Notes: generated from the sequence alone by a model not told the origin. A DNA stretch of 48,262 nucleotides from Prolixibacteraceae bacterium (GCA_016938055.1 JAFGVJ010000142.1:1-48262), one strand, 5' to 3'. Counted from the first letter of the stretch, positions 19,308-28,743 are shown. Made by a program: numbers and translations.

Positions 19308-21101
19308 ATGTCAATAAGAAACATTGCGATTATTGCCCATGTCGATCATGGAAAAACCACACTGGTTGATAAAATGCTGATGGCAGGAAAACTCTTTAAA
19401 GAACATGAACGCCCCGGCGATTTGATCCTGGACAGCAATGATTTGGAAAAAGAACGTGGAATTACCATTCTGTCAAAAAATGCTTCAGTAAATTACAAGG
19501 ATACCAAAATAAACATCATTGATACTCCCGGACACGCCGATTTTGGTGGAGAAGTGGAAAGAGTACTCAACATGGCCGATGGGGTTTTGCTATTGGTTGA
19601 TGCGTTTGAAGGACCCATGCCACAAACACGTTTTGTATTGCAAAAAGCACTGGAACTGGGTTTGAAACCCATTGTTGTGATCAATAAAGTAGACAAGCCC
19701 AATTGCAGGCCCGAAGAAGTCCATGAACTGGTGTTTGAACTGATGTACAACCTGAATGCGACTGAAGACCAGTTAAGTTTCCCTACCCTTTACGGATCGG
19801 CCAAACATGGGTGGATGTCAAATGACTGGAACAAACAAACCGACAACATCACCGCATTGTTTGATGCCATTTTACAATACATTCCGGCCCCTCAAATCAA
19901 TCCGGGTTCACTCCAGCTGCTGATTACCTCCATCGATTTTTCGACATATTTGGGACGCATTGCCGTTGGCAGATTGTATCGCGGTGAACTCAAAGAAGGT
20001 CAACAGGTTAGTTTGTGCCAGCGTGATGGCACTATTGTACGTACCCGGATCAAAGAATTGAACATTTTTACCGGTTTAGGTCGGGTGAAAGTTCCCAGCG
20101 TAGTAGCCGGTGATATTTGTGCCATTGTAGGCATCGATAAGTTTGACATTGGTGACACCATTGCCGATTTCGAAAAACCGGAGCCTCTTCCTCCCATCAA
20201 AATTGACGAGCCAACCATGAGTATGTTGTTCACAATCAACAACTCGCCCTTCTTTGGCAAAGATGGAAAGTTCGTTACTTCGCGCCATATTTACGATCGC
20301 TTGCAAAAGGAATTAGAACGCAATTTGGCTCTGAAGGTGGAAGAAACCGACAGTGCCGATGCCTGGATGGTTTTTGGACGTGGTGTTCTGCACCTTTCGG
20401 TGTTGATTGAAACCATGCGCCGCGAAGGGTTTGAAATGCAGGTTGGCCAACCCAAAGTCATCATTAAAGAAATTGGTGGCGTTAAAAATGAACCGATTGA
20501 AGAACTCTCGATTGATGTTCTTGACGATTATTCAGGAAAAGTGATCGAACTGGTTACCCGCCGAAGAGGTGAATTACTTTCAATGGAGAAGAAAGGCGAC
20601 CGTACACTTTTACAATTTCAGATCCCTTCAAGAGGTATCATTGGTTTGAGAAACAATGTTTTAACTGGTACGGCTGGGGAAGCCATCATGTCGCACCGAT
20701 TTATTGAATTTCAACCTTATAAGGGTGATATCGAAAAGCGAATCAACGGCTCCCTGGTTTGTTTGGAAACCGGCACCGCCATTGCTTACGCGCTTGACAA
20801 GTTACAGGATCGTGGTAAATTCTTTGTTAAACCCGGCGATGAAGTATACGAAGGCCAGGTGATAGGCGAAAATACCCGCGACAACGATTTAACCATTAAT
20901 ATTACCAAAACCAAGAAACTGACCAACATGCGTGCTTCGGGATCGGACGATAAGGCCAAACTTGCGCCGCCTATTGTTTTCAGTTTGGAAGAAGCCCTGG
21001 AATACATTCAGGAAGATGAGTATGTTGAACTCACCCCGAAATCCATTCGTTTGCGAAAGATTCTGCTGAAAGAATTTGAAAGGAAACGGACTTCGAAATA
21101 A
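19308..21101 (+). CDS. typA: Translational GTPase TypA/BipA
   Basis: [30 protein letters not shown] and [10 protein letters not shown] motifs; TACTTTTG -7 box at 19277-19284. Confidence 0.97.
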   Translation: MSIRNIAIIAHVDHGKTTLVDKMLMAGKLFKEHERPGDLILDSNDLEKERGITILSKNASVNYKDTKINIIDTPGHADFGGEVERVLNMADGVLLLVDAFEGPMPQTRFVLQKALELGLKPIVVINKVDKPNCRPEEVHELVFELMYNLNATEDQLSFPTLYGSAKHGWMSNDWNKQTDNITALFDAILQYIPAPQINPGSLQLLITSIDFSTYLGRIAVGRLYRGELKEGQQVSLCQRDGTIVRTRIKELNIFTGLGRVKVPSVVAGDICAIVGIDKFDIGDTIADFEKPEPLPPIKIDEPTMSMLFTINNSPFFGKDGKFVTSRHIYDRLQKELERNLALKVEETDSADAWMVFGRGVLHLSVLIETMRREGFEMQVGQPKVIIKEIGGVKNEPIEELSIDVLDDYSGKVIELVTRRRGELLSMEKKGDRTLLQFQIPSRGIIGLRNNVLTGTAGEAIMSHRFIEFQPYKGDIEKRINGSLVCLETGTAIAYALDKLQDRGKFFVKPGDEVYEGQVIGENTRDNDLTINITKTKKLTNMRASGSDDKAKLAPPIVFSLEEALEYIQEDEYVELTPKSIRLRKILLKEFERKRTSK

Positions 21102-21104
21102 TTC

Positions 21105-21152
21105 ACAAAAAAGAACACGCAAAACCCATTTATTTTGCGTGTTCTTTTTTGT
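21105..21152. terminator. Bidirectional terminator with a perfect 20-bp stem
   Basis: ACAAAAAAGAACACGCAAAA-8 nt-TTTTGCGTGTTCTTTTTTGT between convergent genes. Confidence 0.9.
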
Positions 21153-21165
21153 AATAACCCGATCG

Positions 21166-21798
21166 CTAAAACCATCCAAAAACAAAACTCATAAAAACTC
21201 CTGCATTGGAGAAATCATTGCTGGTGAATCCAGGAATGGTATTCACGTTAAATGTTTGACGGTATTCAGCCCCAATATTCACCTTAAAGAAACGGGTAAA
21301 ATTGATTTCGGCCGAAACAGTAGGTACCAATACAAATACGTTGTCGCTAACCCGCTTACTGTTCACATCGGTACCTGCAATTTGTCCCCACCCGATGCGG
21401 GTACTCACCACCGGATGAATGATGCGTTGATGGGCAATTTCGTAACCCAACCAAAATCCTCCGTGACCAAATTCAAGATCACGTATGGGATTGTCAATGC
21501 CTGAAAATAGCGAAGTGGACAAATCTTCGCCATATCCTCCCAGATATAAGTTGTTAATGATCAAACCTCCACCCCCACCCATGATGAAAGCAAATTCATC
21601 TTTGATGGTTGTAAAACTCATGGTAGGACCCCCAAAACCACTAATCCGTGTGACTTCAAATGAATTCATCAGGGTTTGGATTTTTTGATCGTCCTGATTT
21701 TTTTCTTTCTGAAAATAATCATCGGCAGTGATGGTTTGCTGGGCAAATAGCACCACTGACATGAACAAGAGTGCAAGGCTTAAAACAAATTTTTTCAT
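21166..21798 (-). CDS. Hypothetical outer-membrane beta-barrel protein
   Basis: Signal peptide, Gly/aromatic-rich alternating strands and C-terminal FVFGWF. Confidence 0.7.
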   Translation of the reverse strand: MKKFVLSLALLFMSVVLFAQQTITADDYFQKEKNQDDQKIQTLMNSFEVTRISGFGGPTMSFTTIKDEFAFIMGGGGGLIINNLYLGGYGEDLSTSLFSGIDNPIRDLEFGHGGFWLGYEIAHQRIIHPVVSTRIGWGQIAGTDVNSKRVSDNVFVLVPTVSAEINFTRFFKVNIGAEYRQTFNVNTIPGFTSNDFSNAGVFMSFVFGWF

Positions 21799-21996
21799 AG
21801 CAATTATTTTTAGGCAGTTATGTATGACTTTTCGTTGTCATTTGTTTTTCATCATCAATAAAGTTCAGGCATTTTTTATTGCAACAGACAGTATTCATGT
21901 CCAAGGGTTGCAGTATTAGCAAAAAATTACAGGAAAATTAACCGAAAATGCTGAACACCTTTCTTTTCATACTGTTTCTTAAAAAAATAAAGAATC

Positions 21997-22569
21997 ATGG
22001 CTTACACTTTTTCATACAATTTACCGATGGGTATCAAAGCCCCGGACTTTCAACTGACCGACGTTAGGACAAATACTCAAATGTCGCTTGCTGATGTTCA
22101 ATCCAAGTATGCTACCCTTATCATGTTTATCTGTAATCATTGTCCATACGTTCGTTACATCAATGCAGGAATTGCCGCTTTGGCCAATGATTATCAAGCG
22201 CTGGGAGTTTCTTTTGTGGCCATCAGCGCCAACGATGCAGAAGCTTTTCCCGACGATGGACCAGAATATCTGAAGAAACAGGCCATCGACAATGGTTTCA
22301 ATTTCCCTTACCTTTACGATGTAACACAGCAGGTTGCCAAGGCTTATAGGGCTGCCTGTACTCCTGATTTTTACATTTTCGACAAGGACCTAAAGCTTGC
22401 CTATCATGGACGAATGGATGGATCGAACCATAAAAACCTTGAACCCAATACAGGAAATGATATCCGCAAAGCACTGGATAGTGTCATAAAGGGCCAACCC
22501 TTTCTTGAAGAACAGCTTCCCAGCGGAGGTTGTAACATCAAATGGAAAGCCGGGGTCAGCCCTTTTTAA
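21997..22569 (+). CDS. Thioredoxin-like AhpC/TSA-family protein
   Basis: APDF, FICNHCPYV, ACTPDF and GCNIKW motifs. Confidence 0.88.
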   Translation: MAYTFSYNLPMGIKAPDFQLTDVRTNTQMSLADVQSKYATLIMFICNHCPYVRYINAGIAALANDYQALGVSFVAISANDAEAFPDDGPEYLKKQAIDNGFNFPYLYDVTQQVAKAYRAACTPDFYIFDKDLKLAYHGRMDGSNHKNLEPNTGNDIRKALDSVIKGQPFLEEQLPSGGCNIKWKAGVSPF

Positions 22570-22619
22570 CACACGATTTAAACACTAAAACAAATATTTT
22601 GACGGGTAAAAGCTGAGAA

Positions 22620-23600
22620 TCAGCGTTGGCGTGCAGACTGCCAATACTTTATGAAGTTTTCCTGGGTAATGATTCCAACCGGACCTTCGAGTATTCCCCC
22701 TTCACCACCCCGGTCAAGTACTTTGATTTCGAGAAGGTTTTTACCTGGTTTAATGAGCCCCTCGGGGATGAAATAATTCCTTTTTTCGAGGTGCATGTTG
22801 GTATTGTTCCGGTTTTTAAGATCACCGGTTGCTGCAACAAGCACTCCGTTTACATAGAATTCGTCATCGTCGTCGATACGTCCGGCGAGGAAAATCAGTT
22901 TCTTTTTGCTCATTGCCACTGATACATCAACATGACGGCTATAGACTGCAAATCCATCATAATTAAAGTAGCCTTGGTTTTCCCACTGTCCAGGCACCAG
23001 AATTTTAGCTTCATTTCCGCCTCGCATTCCGGCTGAGAAATTCCAGGTTCCATTCAGGTCAATATCGGGCTGAATGACCACTTCACCAGCTACCAGGCGC
23101 ACATTTCCCCTAACAATTCCACCTTCCAGTTGAGAATCATACACCCTTACAGCAATCACATTACTGCCGTTATAATTCACCAAAGCATTGGGGATAATGT
23201 ATTTTCGAAATGAATTGTAAGCCGTTGAATAATTCGGAGGAAAAGCACCGGTTTGTCCAATTTTTTCCCCGTTTAGATAAACTTCATCAACATCGTCGAT
23301 GTAACCCAATTCGAGGATGATGACACGGTTTTGGAAATTAACCGGAATGTCAACGTTTTTCCGGTACCAGGCAAAGCCGTTATATCCCTGAAAGCCTTCT
23401 TCTTCCCAGCGAGCCGGAACCCTGATTGTTTCCCAGTTGCTATCGTTGAACGACGCTTTGGCCCAGTCTGAGTTATCGCCAATAGAGAAAGCCCAGGGCC
23501 CGTGCAAATTGATTTCGTTTTGGGAGTATTCGGCTTTTGCCAGTATGTTTGAAAAGATCAAGATCAAAACCCCTATCGTATTGAATGCAAATTTTTTCAT
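22620..23600 (-). CDS. Secreted protein with two beta-galactosidase/GH2-type jelly-roll domains and no catalytic domain
   Basis: Start moved to ATG 23600 (signal peptide MKKFAFNTIG...AKA). Two repeats of L-x-G-x-W...VP-xx-WE...Y-x-G-x-A-x-Y...G-x-IDD-x-DE-x-Y-x-NG...GGI. Confidence 0.8.
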   Translation of the reverse strand: MKKFAFNTIGVLILIFSNILAKAEYSQNEINLHGPWAFSIGDNSDWAKASFNDSNWETIRVPARWEEEGFQGYNGFAWYRKNVDIPVNFQNRVIILELGYIDDVDEVYLNGEKIGQTGAFPPNYSTAYNSFRKYIIPNALVNYNGSNVIAVRVYDSQLEGGIVRGNVRLVAGEVVIQPDIDLNGTWNFSAGMRGGNEAKILVPGQWENQGYFNYDGFAVYSRHVDVSVAMSKKKLIFLAGRIDDDDEFYVNGVLVAATGDLKNRNNTNMHLEKRNYFIPEGLIKPGKNLLEIKVLDRGGEGGILEGPVGIITQENFIKYWQSARQR

Positions 23601-23610
23601 AATGGATCTA

Positions 23611-24660
23611 TTAAAAGTTGAAAAAATCGAAAATGAAGCGGACCGGATTGTACCAGAAATCTTCGTTTTCTGAACGGTTGAGCAGGATTTGAGCATCGCG
23701 TGCATTGACAATCCCGACAGGGCCTTCATAAATTCCACCATCCAATTGATCATCCTGAACTTCAACAACCAAAACATTATCAGGTTTCAACTGGCTTTTT
23801 GGAATCCTGTATACACGGTACAAACGCCAGGCATTTCCACGGTTGTAACGTGAATAACGGTCGAGGTACTCAGTACGTCCTATCAATTCTCCATTGAGGT
23901 ATACTTTATCGAAATCATCGATTTTCCCTAAAACCAGGTACAGATCACCCGATTGGTTTTTCGATTCAAAGCGGAAAGTATTACGGTACCATGCAAGACC
24001 GTCGAAAGAAGGGTCCCAAGGTCCCGGAACCTTGATGGATTTCCAACGTTTATCGTCAAAATGAAGAGTATGCATTCCATTTTCACGATAGGCAGACCAT
24101 TTCCAGGTGCCGCTTAAATCCTGCATTAACAGGTTGATGTCATCATCGTAATAAATCCCAATACGATCGGCCCGAACAATTCCACCTTGATTGGCAGTAT
24201 CATAAACCCTGACAGCAATTGTATTACCTGTTTTCTTGAGTAAGTCACGTGGAATGAGGTAACGACGATCGTGGTTATAAGCGGTCTGAAAATTGGGTGG
24301 AAACGATCCGCTTTGTCCTACTTTTACGCCATTGATAAAAACCTCGTCCACATCGTCAACCTGTCCAAGAAAGAGCATTAAATCGCCCTTTTCAGGTATC
24401 CAGGTCACATCAAAAGTCTTCCTGTACCATCCGTACCCGTTGTAGTTCCGGTAATATTCGTCCCAATTGTCGGGAACAAACATTTTATCCCATTTGCTAT
24501 GATCCAGGTCTGGTTTCGACCAGTTCATATCGTCGCCAACAGTGAAATACCACATACCTTCCAGATCGGTTATCCTGCTCCAGTCGGCGGCCTTCACTCC
24601 GCCGGCCAGGAGCAGCATGCCCAAGAAAAAAAGTAAAATGATGGGTTGTTTTGTTTTCAT
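23611..24660 (-). CDS. Paralogous secreted double jelly-roll (sugar-binding-like) protein
   Basis: Signal peptide; same duplicated motif set (GQVDDVDEVFING, GKIDDFDKVYLNG, WYR, GGI). Confidence 0.8.
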   Translation of the reverse strand: MKTKQPIILLFFLGMLLLAGGVKAADWSRITDLEGMWYFTVGDDMNWSKPDLDHSKWDKMFVPDNWDEYYRNYNGYGWYRKTFDVTWIPEKGDLMLFLGQVDDVDEVFINGVKVGQSGSFPPNFQTAYNHDRRYLIPRDLLKKTGNTIAVRVYDTANQGGIVRADRIGIYYDDDINLLMQDLSGTWKWSAYRENGMHTLHFDDKRWKSIKVPGPWDPSFDGLAWYRNTFRFESKNQSGDLYLVLGKIDDFDKVYLNGELIGRTEYLDRYSRYNRGNAWRLYRVYRIPKSQLKPDNVLVVEVQDDQLDGGIYEGPVGIVNARDAQILLNRSENEDFWYNPVRFIFDFFNF

Positions 24661-24706
24661 CGCGGTAAGATGGTTTAATAATGAAGTTTTTTCTTAATCA
24701 ACTGAA

Positions 24707-25090
24707 TCAGGATCTGTAATCGAGTTTCAAAACAAGTTTGTACTTTTTATTGGTTACAGTATCAGCAACCGGAACTTTGGTATTGTCAAGTAATTGTTTG
24801 ACATAGTCGGTAGCTTCAAAGTCTTTGCTTTCAACACTGACAATGTGCAGGTGATCATCTTTTGAAATGTAAAACTCAAAAGTAACGTCGGCTCTGAGTT
24901 TGTCAATGTTGTTCAAATGAAAATAGTTGTTTAAGCGAACAAAATCCTCTTTGACCATTTTTTGGATCAAGGATGGCAGTTCCTGACTAGTTTTCACTTC
25001 GTAACTGATTTCATTGAAATCGTTGGCATAACTTACACCGGTAAACAGTGTGATAAAAAGAACGAGTGCTAAAGATTTAATTGTTTTCAT
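24707..25090 (-). CDS. Hypothetical small secreted protein
   Basis: Clear signal peptide MKTIKSLALVLFITLFTGVSYA; first gene of the operon. Confidence 0.75.
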   Translation of the reverse strand: MKTIKSLALVLFITLFTGVSYANDFNEISYEVKTSQELPSLIQKMVKEDFVRLNNYFHLNNIDKLRADVTFEFYISKDDHLHIVSVESKDFEATDYVKQLLDNTKVPVADTVTNKKYKLVLKLDYRS

Positions 25091-25127
25091 GGCTTTAAAA
25101 ATTTAAGTGAGTGAATGTTTACACCGA

Positions 25128-25135
25128 CAAAACTA
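25128..25135 (-). promoter_or_regulatory. -7 element (TAGTTTTG) of the secreted-protein operon
   Basis: TAnnTTTG match on the minus strand 37 nt upstream of ATG 25090. Confidence 0.65.
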
Positions 25136-25166
25136 CAGCCCACTTATAACACCCTCGTCTTTTTTG

Positions 25167-25206
25167 TGTCATTGTTTGTGATAAAATGTCACAAGTTGTC
25201 ACAAAC
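25167..25206. promoter_or_regulatory. Four tandem TGTCA-type direct repeats; probable OmpR/PhoB-family regulator binding site
   Basis: TGTCATT (25167), TGTGATA (25177), TGTCACA (25187) and TGTCACA (25197), with an exact 10-bp period just upstream of the promoter. Confidence 0.7.
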
Positions 25207-25218
25207 ACATCTAAACTA

Positions 25219-25902
25219 CTATAATACAAGCTTATATCCCATGCCATGCACTGTTACAATGTGATTGGTTTCCACGGTATCGATTTTTTGCCGCAAACGC
25301 AAAATAAAATTATCGATGGTACGCGATGCAGGCTGATAATCGGAACCCCATACTTTGTCCAGTAAATCGTCGCGGGTAACAATCTGATTTTTTTTCTTAT
25401 ATAAATAATGAAGAATTTCAAATTCCTTGTGGGAAAGCTTCACATGGACGCCATGATCAGTGGCTTCGAGTGCATCGAAGTTTACCAAGAGCCGGCCAAT
25501 GTCAACGCCTCCGCCTTCGTTCCTGTCGGTAACCTGCGCTGCTGAACGACGTAAATTGGCTTTTACCCTGGCAAGCAATTCCCTCAGACTAAATGGTTTG
25601 GTAATATAGTCATCGGCTCCAAGCTCTAAACCGCGTACCTTATCCATTTCTTCACCTTTAGCTGTAAGGAGAATCACAGGGGTATTATTTCCCATCCGTC
25701 GCAACTGCTTCAGTACATCGAAACCCGATAAGCCCGGAAGCATCACATCCAGTAAAACCAAGTCGAAATCTTCCATTTCGAGCTTTTTCAAACCGTCATC
25801 TCCCCTATCAGCTGAATCGACTGCATAACCTTCGAATTCAAGGTTATCGCACAATCCCGACCGCATGGCCGGTTCATCTTCCACTACTAAAATCCTGGCC
25901 AT
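25219..25902 (-). CDS. OmpR/PhoB-family response regulator
   Basis: VVEDE, LLDVMLP, LTAK and GADDYITKPF receiver motifs; winged helix RTIDNFILRLRQK...TVHGMGYK. Confidence 0.95.
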   Translation of the reverse strand: MARILVVEDEPAMRSGLCDNLEFEGYAVDSADRGDDGLKKLEMEDFDLVLLDVMLPGLSGFDVLKQLRRMGNNTPVILLTAKGEEMDKVRGLELGADDYITKPFSLRELLARVKANLRRSAAQVTDRNEGGGVDIGRLLVNFDALEATDHGVHVKLSHKEFEILHYLYKKKNQIVTRDDLLDKVWGSDYQPASRTIDNFILRLRQKIDTVETNHIVTVHGMGYKLVL

Positions 25903-25911
25903 TGTTAACTT

Positions 25912-27435
25912 TTATTGGTTAAACATAAGTATAAATTTACTGCCAACACCGGGCTTACTTTCAACCAGTACTTTCCCTTGGTGGTGTTCCATAATTTCTT
26001 TCACGATATTCAGTCCGATTCCCGAGCCCTTCGCTTTATGAGCCAAATTGCCCTGGGTAACCCGGTAAAATTTGTCAAAAATGTGTTTTAAGTGTTTGGA
26101 AGCTATACCAATGCCATCATCTTCCACTTCGACAAGTATTTGATTATGGGTACACTTTGAACGGATCATCAGCTTTTTTTCACCTTCTCTACCATATTTT
26201 ACGGCATTTTCTATCAGGTTGATCAGAACTTCGGTCACAGCTTCCCGATCGGCTTTCAACTGGCAGGCGGCTTCATCGAGTTCCATTGTGCAGTGCACCA
26301 TATGTGCTTTAAAATGTGGGGAATAATGGTGAATTACTTCTTCGATCAAAGCATTCAGCTCAATTTCCTCGAGATGATAATTTCTTTTGCCCTTTTCCAT
26401 TTTGGAGAAGCTGAGAATCCGGTTCACCATTCCTGACAAACGCGTAGTTTCGTGGTGAATAATGTTCAGGTATTCCTGCCTTTTTTCAGGAGTTTTCACC
26501 CGGTTCATCAGCAAAGTTTCAGTGTACATGCTGATTAAGGCCAGGGGTGTTCGAATTTCGTGCGAAACATTTGAAACAAATTCTGATTTCATTTCTGCCA
26601 GTCGCATTTCTTTACGAATGGATGCCAATACAAATGTAATTCCAACAATTACCACCAAAAAAATGATGACAAAAATTCTTCGGTCAGTTTGAGAGCGGGC
26701 TTTCACCAACTCATCAATGGTTGCCGTTTGTAATCCAATCATTACTGTATAACCAGGAAAATACCACAGGGACTGTTCATGAATTTGTGTTTTTTCAACG
26801 CTCAGTGAATCGGATAGTAAATTACCTTCAGTGTGAATGGAATCCCGGATTACAACATGAAACCGGTCTTGTGAAATTTGCTGAATACCAGGCCGAAGGT
26901 TTTGCTCAATGAATGTTTTAGCATGGATAGTAAAAGCACACAATACCGGCGTTTTAGCGCTCTTCAGTACAAAATACAAATGCACATATTCACCCTCACG
27001 AATTGATTCGATGCGCTGATATTGATTGTCCAAATAGGCCACCATGCGGTCAACCGGAAGACTGTCGGGCCAGTTGAGTTTTGGCAATTCACTCCCGGCT
27101 CCCCCCAAAGCAAGCAAAGGTGTTTTGTTTACAATATTAAAATATTGAATGCTTTTTAAGGCATGGTGTTTTGCTACAAGTTCTTCACAAATCGTACTCA
27201 TGATTTCATCACGGGCATTCAAAGGCAGATCTACCTGATTAATCCAGGCTACAATGAGATTTTCAGCATTTTGGTTGATGGTAAATAGAATGGTTTCCAA
27301 TTGTTTATCGAAAACTCGTTGTACCAGCGCTTCATTTTCGGTTAGTTCCGAAGCCTGTTTGATGATCAGATAAGAGAGTGGCAGTGCTAAAATGAGCAAC
27401 AACACCACTCCTATGCGAAACATAGATTTTTTCAT
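25912..27435 (-). CDS. Membrane sensor histidine kinase with periplasmic domain
   Basis: Two TM helices; H-box SHEIRTPL, N-box NLIENAVKY, G1 DDGIGI and G2 GSGIGL; start moved to ATG 27435. Confidence 0.93.
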   Translation of the reverse strand: MKKSMFRIGVVLLLILALPLSYLIIKQASELTENEALVQRVFDKQLETILFTINQNAENLIVAWINQVDLPLNARDEIMSTICEELVAKHHALKSIQYFNIVNKTPLLALGGAGSELPKLNWPDSLPVDRMVAYLDNQYQRIESIREGEYVHLYFVLKSAKTPVLCAFTIHAKTFIEQNLRPGIQQISQDRFHVVIRDSIHTEGNLLSDSLSVEKTQIHEQSLWYFPGYTVMIGLQTATIDELVKARSQTDRRIFVIIFLVVIVGITFVLASIRKEMRLAEMKSEFVSNVSHEIRTPLALISMYTETLLMNRVKTPEKRQEYLNIIHHETTRLSGMVNRILSFSKMEKGKRNYHLEEIELNALIEEVIHHYSPHFKAHMVHCTMELDEAACQLKADREAVTEVLINLIENAVKYGREGEKKLMIRSKCTHNQILVEVEDDGIGIASKHLKHIFDKFYRVTQGNLAHKAKGSGIGLNIVKEIMEHHQGKVLVESKPGVGSKFILMFNQ

Positions 27436-27541
27436 GTAAACCACAAATTGTGCGATAAATTTAGAAATAATGTACAGGAAACCATTCAAAATGATCAGAA
27501 TTAAAGGCAAAGGCTTTTCAACACCTTTCAAACATGGCTAT

Positions 27542-27582
27542 AAAAAAAGCAATCATCCGATATTGATTATCAAATGATTGCT
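27542..27582 (-). terminator. Terminator downstream of tRNA-Arg
   Basis: AGCAATCAT...ATGATTGCT stem with a T tract on the minus strand. Confidence 0.7.
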
Positions 27583-27591
27583 ATTTATGCG

Positions 27592-27663
27592 TGATCCCAC
27601 CGGGATTCGAACCCAGATCATAAGAACCGGAATCTTACATTCTATCCATTGAACTATGGGACC
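27592..27663 (-). tRNA. tRNA-Arg (anticodon CCG)
   Basis: GGTCCCA/TGGGATC acceptor stem, anticodon arm TAAGA-TTCCGGT-TCTTA and T-loop GGTTCGAATCC; CCA not encoded; -7 box at 27674-27681 (-). Confidence 0.96.
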
Positions 27664-27768
27664 AATGTGGACGCAAAAATATAAAACTTCGTGTGTTTTT
27701 AAAGCAAGAGCCTACTTTTTATCGTCGAATTGAATTCTGGTTTCAATATCAATGATAAATTTGGCCTC

Positions 27769-28743
27769 ATGAATCAGCAACAAGCCATCGAGTACATGAA
27801 TGCGGCAGGTGCTAAACGGCAAGCCTTTTTTTTCATCATGAATTTTAAAGGAGATGAATGTCAAGTGTTTGGTCCTGAAGAGGCAGCCAGTCAAAACATC
27901 TTTTTCAACTTCGAAGGCAATCATGCTAATTACCCCCTAAGCGATGATTTGGATGAGAATGTTGTCATTCAAGCCAATCCCATCGATTTTGAACAGTATC
28001 AGCAAGCATTCAGCTTGGTTCAAAAACATCTGAACCGTGGAAATGCTTATCTGGTTAATCTAACCTTTCCTACACCGGTAAAAAGTTCACATGCCTTAAA
28101 AGCCATTTTTCACAGTGCTAAGGCACGATATCGCATTTATTATCAGAACCGTTTTGTAGTATTTTCGCCCGAAACATTTGTAAAAATTGCCAACAATACC
28201 ATTGAGACCTTTCCCATGAAAGGAACCATCGATGCCGATCTTCCCGATGCTGAAAAAATACTCATGAATAATCTCAAGGAGCAGGCCGAACATGCTACCA
28301 TTGTTGATTTACTCAGAAACGATCTTAGCAGGGTGGCCCGGCATGTACAGGTAGAAAAATTCAGGTACATTGAAAAAATTACGAGCCCGAACAGAAATTT
28401 ACTGCAAGTAAGTTCAAAAATCACCGGAAAACTTTCTGAAGGTTTTGAAAGTCGTTTGGGAGAGATCCTCTATGCCCTGGTCCCGGCAGGTTCAATCAGT
28501 GGTGCGCCCAAAGCCAAAACCCTTGAAATAATTGAAGAAGCAGAATCAGATCAACGGGGTTATTACACCGGAATAGCCGGTTTTTTCGATGGAATGACCT
28601 TGAACAGTTGCGTGATGATTCGCTTTATCGAACAAAATCATCATCAGCTAATTTACCGGAGTGGTGGTGGAATAACCACGCAAAGTATTGCACAGGAAGA
28701 ATATCAGGAAATCATTCAAAAAATCTATGTTCCGACTCGTTGA
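27769..28743 (+). CDS. pabB: Aminodeoxychorismate synthase component I
   Basis: SPETF, PMKGT, KEQAEHATIVDLLRNDL, PAGSISGAPK, RGYYTG and GGGIT motifs; ATG 27769 preferred over TTG 27730. Confidence 0.9.
   Translation: MNQQQAIEYMNAAGAKRQAFFFIMNFKGDECQVFGPEEAASQNIFFNFEGNHANYPLSDDLDENVVIQANPIDFEQYQQAFSLVQKHLNRGNAYLVNLTFPTPVKSSHALKAIFHSAKARYRIYYQNRFVVFSPETFVKIANNTIETFPMKGTIDADLPDAEKILMNNLKEQAEHATIVDLLRNDLSRVARHVQVEKFRYIEKITSPNRNLLQVSSKITGKLSEGFESRLGEILYALVPAGSISGAPKAKTLEIIEEAESDQRGYYTGIAGFFDGMTLNSCVMIRFIEQNHHQLIYRSGGGITTQSIAQEEYQEIIQKIYVPTR

Noticed and set aside
22620-23777. Apparent 167-nt overlap between the two jelly-roll genes
   Set aside because: Artefact of the longest-ORF start; the signal peptide begins at ATG 23600. 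Similar over-extended starts were corrected for coaE, argS, the exonuclease, the kinase, pabC and rlmD
25219-27435. Calling the two-component pair phoB/phoR
   Set aside because: No pst or phoU genes nearby, the kinase has a large periplasmic domain and no evident PAS domain, and the repeat period is 10 bp rather than 11
21166-27663. Genomic island integrated at tRNA-Arg
   Set aside because: No integrase, no duplicated tRNA 3' end and no obvious compositional shift by eye
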